Source: a bacterium
Lineage (GTDB): Bacteria; JAHJDO01
Assembly (NCBI GenBank): GCA_030652805.1
Contig: JAUSPT010000032.1
Location: 109,992 to 173,991 of the forward strand
Length of the DNA: 64,000 bases
Direction of reading: 5' to 3'
Part shown: in pieces, positions 39,506 through 49,093 of the stretch
How the letters are laid out: each line of letters opens with the position of its first letter
How positions within the stretch are numbered: the first letter of the stretch is position 1
Program-made: the position numbers and the translations under genes
Notes under the pieces: generated by a model
The model's database searches: none
Told to the model about the DNA's origin: nothing
What the model saw: only the letters and a program-made list of their open reading frames with translations

Positions 39506-39966
39506 TTGATTATTTCATCCTTGGAGAAGCAGAACCCTAGAAAACGGCAGCTCCCCTTCACTGTAGTTCCTCCACCAAATATGGCTGATAAATAAGGTCC
39601 TGCTGGCACAGTATATGTTACATCCATCTTCGCGCTTCCTTTCGCCATCACATACGAGAGAAAACTTGCAAGGTAATTAGTTCCCGGGATAAAACTCATA
39701 TCCGGGAGCCCTGCTTCTCTTAACAAATCAAAGCTGGTATTGACATTTCCATGACCAAAGAATACAGCACCGGCTCCTCCGCCATCTCTCGTTTCCTTTA
39801 GAGCTCCTTCTCTGGCTGCTATGTAAACCTTTGATTGAGCCACCATAACCTTTCCAAAGTGAACAACAATCATCATAATGAGTATAAAAATCGGCAGGAC
39901 AATTGCTGCTTCTACTGCTGCCTGACCACTGTTAGATCTAATTAGCTTCATTCTAGTCCTCCACAT
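39463..39966 (-). CDS. TadE-like pseudopilin
   Basis: SGQAAVEAAIVLPIFILIMMIV TadE-like N-terminus. Confidence 0.6.
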   Translation of the reverse strand: MWRTRMKLIRSNSGQAAVEAAIVLPIFILIMMIVVHFGKVMVAQSKVYIAAREGALKETRDGGGAGAVFFGHGNVNTSFDLLREAGLPDMSFIPGTNYLASFLSYVMAKGSAKMDVTYTVPAGPYLSAIFGGGTTVKGSCRFLGFCFSKDEIIKWIKQQLGEIASLL

Positions 39967-40456
39967 TTATATTACAGCTTTGAGTAACTGGAAGATAATA
40001 TCTATCGCCATCCTGAATCCCAATTATTCTGCCAACCATGGGCATATTCAGTTTAAACTTGTATTTGACAGTAGTGGTATTACCCGATTGGCTAACTGTA
40101 GTATTAGATTGAGCATAAGAATACTGCTTAATTATTGTTGCTAGGTTCTGTGCCCAATCAGGAATGGGAATTTTTTCAAGAATTTCAGAAATTGCCGAAT
40201 CTAGAACCCCTCCCGAAGATTGACTGGAAATAGGTATCAGCGCAATGCTGGCAGCAAGTTTTGCTTTGTCCGCATCCTGATGCACAGAATATGAACGAGC
40301 TGCTGAAAAGGCAGCATAATTAGTTACTATATTGGCAGTTGCTATCAAAGCAAGCTGCATAATAGCCATGGCAAAGAGAATTAAAACAGGCATAACAATG
40401 ACAAATTCAACCATTGACTGGCCTCTGTTATTTATTCGCCTAAAGCATTTCTTCAT
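39953..40456 (-). CDS. TadE/TadF-like pseudopilin
   Basis: RGQSMVEFVIVMPVLILFAMAIMQ TadE-like N-terminus. Confidence 0.6.
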   Translation of the reverse strand: MKKCFRRINNRGQSMVEFVIVMPVLILFAMAIMQLALIATANIVTNYAAFSAARSYSVHQDADKAKLAASIALIPISSQSSGGVLDSAISEILEKIPIPDWAQNLATIIKQYSYAQSNTTVSQSGNTTTVKYKFKLNMPMVGRIIGIQDGDRYYLPVTQSCNINVED

Positions 40457-40956
40457 CTAAAAATCCATGCAATAAAGGTTCCAACACTCAGAGCCGCTCC
40501 ATAAGGAATCCTTTCACTGTTAGACAGCTTTAAAGCTTCCGTTTTTAACCCGGGCATAATAAAACTCAAAATAAGACGAAAAATATTTTTTAGCCCTCTC
40601 CAGAATGTCCCTTTCCATATCATTACCGCTATTGCCAGTATTCCGCCTGTCAGGATTCCATAAAAACAAGCATTCAAGATAAATGGATACCCTCCAACAG
40701 CTCCAACAGCAGCCATTAATTTAACGTCTCCTCCTCCTACTCCGCCAAAGACAAATACTATGGCAAAAACACAAAACCCAATAGCGAGCCCCAGCATACT
40801 GTTAACCAACCCGCCAACGCCATGATTCCAAACGTTAAGCAACAGCCCTACCGCCACAGCAGGAAAGGTTACACAATTGTATATCTTGTGTGTAATCAAG
40901 TCTGTAACCGCTGATACCAGCAAAAGCAATATTAGTAATATGTCTGAAAATGCCAT
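40453..40956 (-). CDS. tadV: prepilin peptidase CpaA/TadV (A24 family, no methyltransferase domain)
   Basis: 167 aa polytopic membrane protein; A24 pattern (LLLVSAVTDLITHKIYN…). Confidence 0.7.
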   Translation of the reverse strand: MAFSDILLILLLLVSAVTDLITHKIYNCVTFPAVAVGLLLNVWNHGVGGLVNSMLGLAIGFCVFAIVFVFGGVGGGDVKLMAAVGAVGGYPFILNACFYGILTGGILAIAVMIWKGTFWRGLKNIFRLILSFIMPGLKTEALKLSNSERIPYGAALSVGTFIAWIFR

Positions 40957-40964
40957 AAAGTTAA

Positions 40965-41165
40965 TTATTGCGCTGATTCTAAATCATCAGCTGCTTTTTC
41001 AACTTTTGCTGATAACTTGTCTCTAAAATACTGGAACGCAACTATAGCAGCAATGGCTATTAACACCACTATCAGAATATATTCTGTCATGCCCTGCCCT
41101 TCTTCTCCGAATATAATCCCTTTCATTAAGTTTTTAAGCTTCTTCATTTTGTCACCCCCTTTCAT
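40965..41165 (-). CDS. flp: Flp/Fap-family pilin
   Basis: 66 aa; leader then the G|MTEYILIVVLIAIAAIV motif. Confidence 0.75.
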   Translation of the reverse strand: MKGGDKMKKLKNLMKGIIFGEEGQGMTEYILIVVLIAIAAIVAFQYFRDKLSAKVEKAADDLESAQ

Positions 41166-41169
41166 TCAT

Positions 41170-41349
41170 TTATGGAATAGGTAAACTAATAAGACTTGCG
41201 ATTCTATTGTAATAAGTTTTTAGCGCCTTACGAAACATCTCAAAACAACCTGCCAGACAAAGAACAGCTATTACTGTTACAAGAACATACTCTGTCATCG
41301 CTTGCCCTTTTTCGTCCAGCAACAAGTTTTTTAAACTCTGTACAAACAT
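41170..41349 (-). CDS. flp: second Flp-family pilin (59 aa; below the ORF-track length cutoff)
   Basis: Manual translation of the minus strand gives MFVQSLKNLLLDEKGQAMTEYVLVTVIAVLCLAGCFEMFRKALKTYYNRIASLISLPIP, with the G|AMTEY Flp motif. Confidence 0.6.
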   Translation of the reverse strand: MFVQSLKNLLLDEKGQAMTEYVLVTVIAVLCLAGCFEMFRKALKTYYNRIASLISLPIP

Positions 41350-41355
41350 TAATTG

Positions 41356-42147
41356 CTACCTATAAGCTTCTACCAAAACAACTGTAATGTTATCAACTCC
41401 TCCAGCTTTATTAGCATAGTCTATCATTTCTTCTGCTGCTTTTGAAAGGTTATCTATATGTTTTTTTATAATATCCTCCATTGTCTTTCTTTCCAGCATA
41501 CCGCTCAGCCCATCGGAACATATGAGAAAAATATCTACAGGAACAATATCCTCTTCCTGTAGATCAACCTTGACCTCTTTCTCACTACCCAGAGCCCGTG
41601 TAATAACATTCTTCCAGCGATGCTGTTTGGCTTCCTCTTTCGTTATTACATTCTCTTTAAGTTGCTCATTAACCCATGAATGATCCTCTGTAATCTGCTT
41701 CAGCCTTCCATTTCTCATTAAATACACCCTGCTGTCGCCTACATGCACAACATACCCTTTCGCCTCAGCAATGGATAACCCTGCTATAGTTGTTCCCATT
41801 CCTTTAAGTTCAGGGTTAGAAAATGACATCTCATATATTTTCTTATTAGCAATTCGTACTGCGGTAAGGAGCTTATTAGCCTCAGGCGCTAGTTCTGGGT
41901 TCATCTCAAATGGCCAGGTAATATCATTGTCTTTGGCTGTGCGTTCAATAAAGGCCTTTATTAATTCGATAGATTTGCGACTTGCTACATCACCTGCTGC
42001 ATGCCCACCCATGCCATCAGCTACAAGATAAAGCTTCAGATCATCACTGACCAGAAAGCTATCTTCATTTAGCTTGCGCACTCTGCCTAAATCTGATAAG
42101 CCGTATGCTCTGAACTTCATCTCTAATTTTACTCCTGTAACTGCCAT
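41356..42147 (-). CDS. PP2C-family Ser/Thr protein phosphatase
   Basis: 263 aa; motifs LVADGMGGHAAGDVAS, ICSDGL and GGVDNITVV. Confidence 0.85.
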   Translation of the reverse strand: MAVTGVKLEMKFRAYGLSDLGRVRKLNEDSFLVSDDLKLYLVADGMGGHAAGDVASRKSIELIKAFIERTAKDNDITWPFEMNPELAPEANKLLTAVRIANKKIYEMSFSNPELKGMGTTIAGLSIAEAKGYVVHVGDSRVYLMRNGRLKQITEDHSWVNEQLKENVITKEEAKQHRWKNVITRALGSEKEVKVDLQEEDIVPVDIFLICSDGLSGMLERKTMEDIIKKHIDNLSKAAEEMIDYANKAGGVDNITVVLVEAYR

Positions 42148-42198
42148 ACTGGTTAATTCTAATACTTTTTCTATGCCTTTGTCAATTTTTTATACCAC

Positions 42199-43629
42199 CT
42201 AGCGCTTGAGCTTTCCGTTTGCTGTTTTGTCTAATCGGGCTACACATAGAAATTCTTTTGGAACCTTATATGAAGCTAATCTCTGATAGCAAAATTTGCG
42301 CACACTATTGATATCAAAATCTGTTTTTGCTTTATTTTGCAGAACGATCATTGCACAGGGAAGCTGCCCATACTGAGGATGGGTAATGCCATACACAAGA
42401 GACTCCTTGATGTCAGGATGCTGATTGAGAACTGATTCCACTTCATAGGGAAAGACTTTCATGCCGGCAAAATTAATGATATGTTTTTCTCTGCCAACAA
42501 GAAACAGAAAGCCTTCTTTATCAAGTCTAGCTAGATCCCCTGTCTTAAACCAGCCGTTATGCAATACCTGCTTTTTACTTTGCCATGGAGAAAAGTATGC
42601 ATCAAACATTCCTTTTCCTTTAAGATAAACTTCACCAATCCCCTTAGCATCAGCATTTACTATTTTCACTTCGTAATCTGGTAGAATTCTGCCTACTGAC
42701 TCTTGCTTCGTTTTATCCTCAGAACAATTGAGAAACGGCAGGCCCACTTCAATAATTCCATACGCTTCAGTCAGTTGAAAACCAAACTTTTTATGAAAAT
42801 CATTTGCTATATCAACAGGCAGCTTTACTGCTGTACACACAGCCATACGGATACGACTTAACATATGGGAAGAAAGCATATCCGATTTTGTCAGCATATG
42901 ATAATGGAAAGGTGAAGCGTATATAAATGTTCCTCTGTGGGTTTTCAATTTCTCAAGCAGTAATTCAGGGAATGCGCGGCTGCAGAGAATAATTGTTGCC
43001 CCACGCCGCAGGAAAAGCAGAATCGTTACTACAAAATGAAAACTCATGGAAAGAACCCATATCACTATATCATTTGAAGTGATATTTAACCCTTTATCTG
43101 CAGCATTGGTTCTTTGAATAATGGCTTCATGGGAAATTACTACTCCTTTGCTTACCCCGGTTGTGCCTGATGAAAACCGGATAAAAGCAGGATTTAATGT
43201 ATAATAATCCGCTGGAACCTGTTTCTTCGCTGCGCGTTGATATAGAAAAAACTTTCTTTCACACACACAATCAGAAAAAATTCGAAGGCTGCCATGTTTG
43301 ATACACCTTTCTTTATTAGAGAGCAAAGCATTCACATCAATTTTTTCCAGTATATCATCAACTTCATACATGGATAACGACGTAGATACTGGAACAATAA
43401 CTGCAGGTAAAGACAGTACAGCCAGACTAATAATAATATAATCAATACTATCTTCACATAGTAATGCTACACGTTGAGCTGGCTGAACTCCATATGACTT
43501 TAATTCATCTGTAAGTTTCTCTACAGAAGCAAACAACTCGCCATAAGAAACCTGTTTATTCCCGTCAATGACAGCAATTTTCTTCTGAAGCTTTTTTGTT
43601 TCGCTCTTTATTACATCTACAATATTCAT
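42199..43629 (-). CDS. AMP-dependent synthetase/ligase (fatty acyl-AMP ligase / acyl-ACP synthetase-like)
   Basis: 476 aa; AMP-binding motif FSSGTTGVSKGVV; no CoA-ligase-type C-terminal extension was examined. Confidence 0.75.
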   Translation of the reverse strand: MNIVDVIKSETKKLQKKIAVIDGNKQVSYGELFASVEKLTDELKSYGVQPAQRVALLCEDSIDYIIISLAVLSLPAVIVPVSTSLSMYEVDDILEKIDVNALLSNKERCIKHGSLRIFSDCVCERKFFLYQRAAKKQVPADYYTLNPAFIRFSSGTTGVSKGVVISHEAIIQRTNAADKGLNITSNDIVIWVLSMSFHFVVTILLFLRRGATIILCSRAFPELLLEKLKTHRGTFIYASPFHYHMLTKSDMLSSHMLSRIRMAVCTAVKLPVDIANDFHKKFGFQLTEAYGIIEVGLPFLNCSEDKTKQESVGRILPDYEVKIVNADAKGIGEVYLKGKGMFDAYFSPWQSKKQVLHNGWFKTGDLARLDKEGFLFLVGREKHIINFAGMKVFPYEVESVLNQHPDIKESLVYGITHPQYGQLPCAMIVLQNKAKTDFDINSVRKFCYQRLASYKVPKEFLCVARLDKTANGKLKR

Positions 43630-44927
43630 AAGTCATCATCCCATATCTGCAATGGGGTGTCTTCTGTTCCCTCTGGGACAACAGGTGTTTCAGGATCGCT
43701 GCCGTCAAGATAGACGCCTTGTTGAATAAGCGATTTTCTCACTGCGGCAACAGCAATATGCCTAGGTTGGATGCTTTGTCGTGCCGCCAGTGATGCTGCG
43801 ACACCGGCAGCCTGCCCCGTGGCAAAGCATGGTACTATAAGACGCAAGGAGTTGTCGGCAAGATAGTCAGACGAAATACAACGTCCAGCAACAAGCAATC
43901 CGTCAACGTTCTTCGGAACAAGACATCGAAAAGGAATGTCATAGTTCAACCTTGGCGGATCGTAGAGTTTGTAGCCGAGAAGATACGAGCCCAATCGCGC
44001 AATTGAGTCTTCAAAATGTCGGCTTGATCTGAGGTCATCATCGGTCAGAGTGTATTCCCCTCGGATACGACGGCTCTGCCGTACCCCAAACTGCGGCAGT
44101 GTCTCTTTGATGCGCGCATTCTCCCAACCGGGCATATGAGTGCGCAGATAGTATAAGGAGCGAAAATAATCGCGGCGCATTTGTGTCTCTGCCTTACTAA
44201 CTTCCTCAGCATCTGTCACATCAACCCCTTGTAGATACCGATGACGGTCCAGCATGACACCTCCGTTCAGCCTGCTAGCTTCTGCCACAACTTTCAGGAA
44301 GTGTTCAGGGGACTTCTTCTTAAACACCGCAACTTTTGCGCAGTCTATGCCATCAACTGTTACGCCCAGCGTCACATCGTGAGTATCACTGTCACACTTG
44401 CATCCTGCGCGAAACGCAACATCTGCGTCAGCAGTGCAGTCTATTACAACCTTGGCAAGAATGGCCCTGCGGCCGCTCTTACTCTCGGTGAAGAAACCGC
44501 GAACGTATGCACCATCAGTGATTGGATCACACACCAACGTGTGCAGGAGCAACTCTGCTCCTGCTTCTTCCAGCATTTCTGCAGCCTGCCACTTAAAAAC
44601 CTCTGGGTCAACCGCGTAATCGCCACAGCGATTTGGACCTTGAATTGCGTCAAACGTCTCCATTCGCTTCCTGATATCCAAAGCAATACCGCCAGCTTTG
44701 GGACGAACTCCATCCCCCATACCAAACACCCAGAGAACGTGAGCGCCTGTAATCATCCCTCCAAGATATCCATATCGTTCAACGACGAGCGTTTTCGCTC
44801 CTTCACGCGCGGCAGCAATACCGGCAGCAATACCGGCAGGACCGCCTCCAGCAACAAGCACGTCAACTGTCCTCTCAACTGGAATGCGCTGTTGTGGTTC
44901 AACTTCAATATCGTTATTGTGCATCAT
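43626..44927 (-). CDS. FAD-dependent oxidoreductase (FAD_oxidored family)
   Basis: Rossmann motif VLVAGGGPAGIAAGIAAAREG; conspicuously GC-rich (about 50%+) compared with flanking genes. Confidence 0.65.
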   Translation of the reverse strand: MMHNNDIEVEPQQRIPVERTVDVLVAGGGPAGIAAGIAAAREGAKTLVVERYGYLGGMITGAHVLWVFGMGDGVRPKAGGIALDIRKRMETFDAIQGPNRCGDYAVDPEVFKWQAAEMLEEAGAELLLHTLVCDPITDGAYVRGFFTESKSGRRAILAKVVIDCTADADVAFRAGCKCDSDTHDVTLGVTVDGIDCAKVAVFKKKSPEHFLKVVAEASRLNGGVMLDRHRYLQGVDVTDAEEVSKAETQMRRDYFRSLYYLRTHMPGWENARIKETLPQFGVRQSRRIRGEYTLTDDDLRSSRHFEDSIARLGSYLLGYKLYDPPRLNYDIPFRCLVPKNVDGLLVAGRCISSDYLADNSLRLIVPCFATGQAAGVAASLAARQSIQPRHIAVAAVRKSLIQQGVYLDGSDPETPVVPEGTEDTPLQIWDDDL

Positions 44928-46249
44928 AGATTCTGTTCCTCCTCTTTTGCCTCTCCTTCTAAGAGAGTGTGAGTTAATACTCCTAGTCCAGAACGCAAAG
45001 TGTGTATAATTGAATCTATCTCATCCTTTTCCAACATCTCATCTAAATAGGAAAAGACCACATTTAGCTTGCCCTGAAACTGGTTGAAGAATATTCCAAG
45101 CCCCGGAGGAATTGGAACTCTGGGCATATGGAAAATATTATGGATTTTTTTTCCCATAAACATCGGAGAATCGTATGCAGATTCGCCAATATAGGAAAAA
45201 CAAAAAGAAGCAATCTGCCCTTTTAACGGCATCCGCATTAGATAACTTAAAACAGGTAAAGGTGCAATTCGCATCAAAAGACTTGCTTTCTCAATATCCG
45301 CAGGTAAGTCTGCCTTTATCTGATCGTAGATCTGCTGTTTAATTGATTGCAAAAGAACAGAAAAACTATCAGCCTCATTTGCTTTCACTCGAAGCAGGAA
45401 AAAGGACATATGATTAAAGAAAATCTCTTGATGTACCTTTTCTACTGGACGCGTATCAATAGACACAGGAATTATATAATCACCTGTGAGTATACCCCTT
45501 TTGAGAAAAATGCTGTGCAAAGCCTCCATGGAAATTGCCAATGCATACGGCATAAGCATTAAATAACCTGCTTTATTATATGCAGTTTCGATAATTGCAG
45601 ATGTCTGGCGTTTATCAAGCGAGATTATCTTAAATTTAAATCCCTGATTGTTAACCACTGAATGTAAAGGCAAAAAGCGGGATTTATTCTCTGACAATTG
45701 TACCAGCTTCCTATTTACACGCTTACCTGCTTCAAATTTTTCCTGCCACTTACATAGATGAGCTGGTTCTGTAAGAGAAATCCTCTGGGAATAATCCATA
45801 TTCAAGAATGCTTCAGCTCCTCTGACGTCAAACAAACAATGGTCAAACACTACCCCTAGAAAACTTGTTTCTCCCGTATGGACAAGATGAAATGCAAGAT
45901 GCTCCTTAATACTGTTAAAGGGCATGTTTACTCCTTGCTCCAGTGTAAAGAGCACTTTGCTAAATGTTGCATTATCATCAAGGCGGTAAGTCCTGATGTT
46001 CGGAGAGAGCATTTTATTATTGGAATAAATCTTCCAGTATGGAGCAAGGTTGTAATTCCGCATCGGTCTGCCATTTACAACCGGAAATTTTTTAATGAAT
46101 TTGTTCAGGCATTCCCGAAGTGTTGTCTCATCAAGCGTGCCTTTCAGTTGAAGAACAACCTGAAACATGTTCCCAACGCCAGTTTCCTTTTTGTTAATAT
46201 GGTTAATTGTATGAATGATCCAGTCAACACCAGTTAAATAGCGTTTCAT
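44924..46249 (-). CDS. condensation-domain-like acyltransferase (C-domain / WS-DGAT / PapA5 superfamily)
   Basis: 441 aa; HxxxD motif in context (GVVFDHCLFDVRG) about 135 aa from the N-terminus. Confidence 0.4.
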   Translation of the reverse strand: MKRYLTGVDWIIHTINHINKKETGVGNMFQVVLQLKGTLDETTLRECLNKFIKKFPVVNGRPMRNYNLAPYWKIYSNNKMLSPNIRTYRLDDNATFSKVLFTLEQGVNMPFNSIKEHLAFHLVHTGETSFLGVVFDHCLFDVRGAEAFLNMDYSQRISLTEPAHLCKWQEKFEAGKRVNRKLVQLSENKSRFLPLHSVVNNQGFKFKIISLDKRQTSAIIETAYNKAGYLMLMPYALAISMEALHSIFLKRGILTGDYIIPVSIDTRPVEKVHQEIFFNHMSFFLLRVKANEADSFSVLLQSIKQQIYDQIKADLPADIEKASLLMRIAPLPVLSYLMRMPLKGQIASFCFSYIGESAYDSPMFMGKKIHNIFHMPRVPIPPGLGIFFNQFQGKLNVVFSYLDEMLEKDEIDSIIHTLRSGLGVLTHTLLEGEAKEEEQNL

Positions 46250-46250
46250 T

Positions 46251-46496
46251 CTAACTCATTCTGCTGATATATGACGCCAGCAAGTGGATGGTTTGAGAGT
46301 TTTCTCGTGTTAGTCCTGATTCCATTAACTTTAGATTAAATGTTTTTTCAATAAACACCAGAAGCTCCACAAAGCTAAATGAATCAACTCCTAGTGTGTG
46401 AAGAGGAGCATTTGAAGAAATTGTTGAAGAGTCTACATCTAATATTGTAGCAATCTCTTGGATCAGTGTTTCCTCGATATGTTTTACAGTCAACAT
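46251..46496 (-). CDS. acyl carrier protein
   Basis: 81 aa; phosphopantetheine site LGVDSFSFVEL. Confidence 0.75.
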   Translation of the reverse strand: MLTVKHIEETLIQEIATILDVDSSTISSNAPLHTLGVDSFSFVELLVFIEKTFNLKLMESGLTRENSQTIHLLASYISRMS

Positions 46497-46511
46497 GCAG
46501 CTTGTATCCTT

Positions 46512-47552
46512 TTACACAGTCAATTTAATAACAGCTTTTTCTCCTCCACAATTATACCTAATACAACTGATTCTCCGTATTTGAGCAGGTTCAGTCTTTG
46601 TGCATAGATTTATATTGTAGGGATTATGGCTAACTAGGCATGCGTAGTGTAGCTGCTTTTTTAACATGAGAGCAGCAGCAGCACAATTAAAACTTGTTCC
46701 AGTCATCATACTGCCGAATATTGGCGAATACCCTGAGATGCAAACACCTGATTCTGCAGCCTTTTGATATTCTTTCTCGTCTCCTGCAATACCGTCGGCA
46801 TCAAGAATGAACATATCCGGTCTATTTTTTTCAACCTCTTTATCATTTAAAGAGATGGCTGTTATTTCACAATATTTCTTATGAGATTTCTCCAGTGTCA
46901 TCAGAAAGAATACACTTCCCTCTCCTGGTACTGCTACAGGCGTTTTTGAAAAATTAAATGGTTTGATTCTGCCATCTCCAGCAATTCGCAACTTTTGCCT
47001 GCAGATGTATTCCATAACTGTGCCGCATTCATCAACGCTTCCAACAAGAACATATTCACACCGTTTCTCATAAAGCCAGGCTCGCGCAAGGATAAGAGCC
47101 TGGTGAAACGAAAATGCAAACTGAGTAAGTGTAATGGTTGGGCCACGGCTATCTAACACAGATGTAATATAAGACGCTGCTGCATTATGGACAGAATGAG
47201 AAAATATGGTTGGAGAAGCATTCCTATCACCATATTCAAGCATATCATCCAGAAAGCGGAATGTTGTTACATGCGGACCAAATGCTGTTGAGACAATAAT
47301 ACCAAGAGAAGATTTCTTTTTATTAAAATTAATGCCACTATCCACTACAGCGTCACTGGCTGCTAATACTGCCATTTTACTGAATCTATCCGCACGACGT
47401 ATCCCGCCCAAAATTCTTTTGTCTGTGATTGATTCTTCCTTCACATGATAACCAGAATCTTCAGGCTTTATCCATCCATGCCTCAATGCGTCATCATAGC
47501 GGTTAATTCCCCGTCCCCCGCTAAAAACAACACCTATTCCAAAAATATTCAT
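46512..47552 (-). CDS. ketosynthase-like protein lacking active-site Cys (chain-length-factor-like KS partner)
   Basis: 346 aa thiolase-fold; the KS Cys position reads TQFAFSF; start overlaps the upstream KS stop (coupled). Confidence 0.55.
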   Translation of the reverse strand: MNIFGIGVVFSGGRGINRYDDALRHGWIKPEDSGYHVKEESITDKRILGGIRRADRFSKMAVLAASDAVVDSGINFNKKKSSLGIIVSTAFGPHVTTFRFLDDMLEYGDRNASPTIFSHSVHNAAASYITSVLDSRGPTITLTQFAFSFHQALILARAWLYEKRCEYVLVGSVDECGTVMEYICRQKLRIAGDGRIKPFNFSKTPVAVPGEGSVFFLMTLEKSHKKYCEITAISLNDKEVEKNRPDMFILDADGIAGDEKEYQKAAESGVCISGYSPIFGSMMTGTSFNCAAAALMLKKQLHYACLVSHNPYNINLCTKTEPAQIRRISCIRYNCGGEKAVIKLTV

Positions 47553-48673
47553 GCTCCTCTCCCAATAACAATCGCAGCATTGTTGCCGCCAAAGGCAAGG
47601 GACGTAGAAAGGGCAAAAGATCCGTGTATGCTCGTCTTCTCTCTAACCGGCGTTATAGGTATTTCATCATCCTGATTTACAAAACCAGCGCTTGCAGGTA
47701 TCCATCCTTCCAGAAGCGCAGCACCTGTAAAAACAGCTTCCAATCCTCCTGCGCCGCCAAGTGTATGCCCCGTAAATCCCTTTGTAGAAAGAACCTTAAT
47801 ATCCTTACCAAAAACCCTTGCTAGAACCATACCCTCAACTTTATCATTATCCCGGGTTGCAGTGCCGTGAGCATTAACAAAACAGACCTCTTGAGAACTA
47901 ATGCATGCTTCAGAAAGCGCTCTCTGAATCGCTGCTTCCAATCCTGTACCATCAGGTCTTGGAGCAGTAAGATGATAGGCGTCTGCTGAAGCGCCGTATC
48001 CAGCAAGATACAATCTAGGGGCATTGCCCGAGGCATTGCCTCTCTTACAAGCACATGCTTCTCTCTCAAGCACAAGAATTCCAGCACCTTCCCCTAAGTT
48101 TAATCCTTTACGATCTCTGTCAAATGGAGCGCATAATGATTCACTGACAATCCCAAGTGCCCCAAAACCGCATATAGGAATACGGTTCAATTCGTCTGCG
48201 CCACCGGCAATAGCGATATCACACTCTCCATTCCTTAACCAGGATAACGCTACTCCAATCGCATCAGCGCCTGAAGAACATGCATTAACCACAGTAACAC
48301 GTGGACCTTTTGCTCCTATAGTATTTGCAACAGCTTGGGCAAGGTTTCCTTTTAAAAATCGGTCGACAGAATCCATCGGGGCTTTTCCCGAACTCCTGTA
48401 CGAATGATAGAAGTCAACATCATTTAACTGGCTTGCCACAGTAGTCCCAAGACATACTCCTACACGAAAATCCTCAATGCGTTTTTTTAGTTCTGCCTTA
48501 TTTAGGGCTTCCTCTACTGCGCACAAAGCAAGACTTAAAGTGCTCATTCTGTGTTCAAAGACTGGTTTTTTATTTACTTGTCCGCGCTGAAATGTATCCA
48601 GTGTTTCTGTGAGATTTGTACCTGCAGCAGAAATCGCACCCATGCCTGTTATTATTATGTTTGTTTTCTCCAT
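47549..48673 (-). CDS. beta-ketoacyl-ACP synthase (KAS I/II-like)
   Basis: 374 aa; active-site NACSSGADAIG; HGTATRDND and GHTLGGAGG motifs. Confidence 0.85.
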   Translation of the reverse strand: MEKTNIIITGMGAISAAGTNLTETLDTFQRGQVNKKPVFEHRMSTLSLALCAVEEALNKAELKKRIEDFRVGVCLGTTVASQLNDVDFYHSYRSSGKAPMDSVDRFLKGNLAQAVANTIGAKGPRVTVVNACSSGADAIGVALSWLRNGECDIAIAGGADELNRIPICGFGALGIVSESLCAPFDRDRKGLNLGEGAGILVLEREACACKRGNASGNAPRLYLAGYGASADAYHLTAPRPDGTGLEAAIQRALSEACISSQEVCFVNAHGTATRDNDKVEGMVLARVFGKDIKVLSTKGFTGHTLGGAGGLEAVFTGAALLEGWIPASAGFVNQDDEIPITPVREKTSIHGSFALSTSLAFGGNNAAIVIGRGA

Positions 48674-48700
48674 GAAACTCCGTTGAGAGAAAATGCGAAT

Positions 48701-48982
48701 TTATGCTGCTGTATTCTCGTATATATATTGTGCCAGAGTGTCGATTGAATAAAATATTTTTCTGCCCTGATCCATATCTTTGATTTCTAACCCAAAATTC
48801 CGCTGCAATAGCACAACAATTTCTACTGCATCTAAAGAATCCAGTCCAAGTCCTTCGCCAAACAGAACCTCGTCATCTTTAATATCTTCAGGTTTTACAT
48901 TCTCTAATGATAGGCTGCTTACAAGCAGTTTTTTTAACTTGTTTCGTATTTCCTTCAATTCTTTTTGTTTCTGCTCTGCCAT
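48701..48982 (-). CDS. acyl carrier protein (second copy)
   Basis: 93 aa; LGLDSLDAVEIV phosphopantetheine motif. Confidence 0.75.
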   Translation of the reverse strand: MAEQKQKELKEIRNKLKKLLVSSLSLENVKPEDIKDDEVLFGEGLGLDSLDAVEIVVLLQRNFGLEIKDMDQGRKIFYSIDTLAQYIYENTAA

Positions 48983-49093
48983 TTAATCTTCTCCTATATT
49001 TAGCGGTATTCAACAAGCGATATCATATCCTCTTATTGCTCTTTTTTCAAGGAACAATTCCAACACGGTATAAGAGTGGATTTTTGGCAACCA

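Noticed and set aside
44241-44972. 243-aa plus-strand ORF antisense to the FAD oxidoreductase
   Set aside because: Same GC-rich antisense artefact. It has no start context or RBS and a low-complexity translation.
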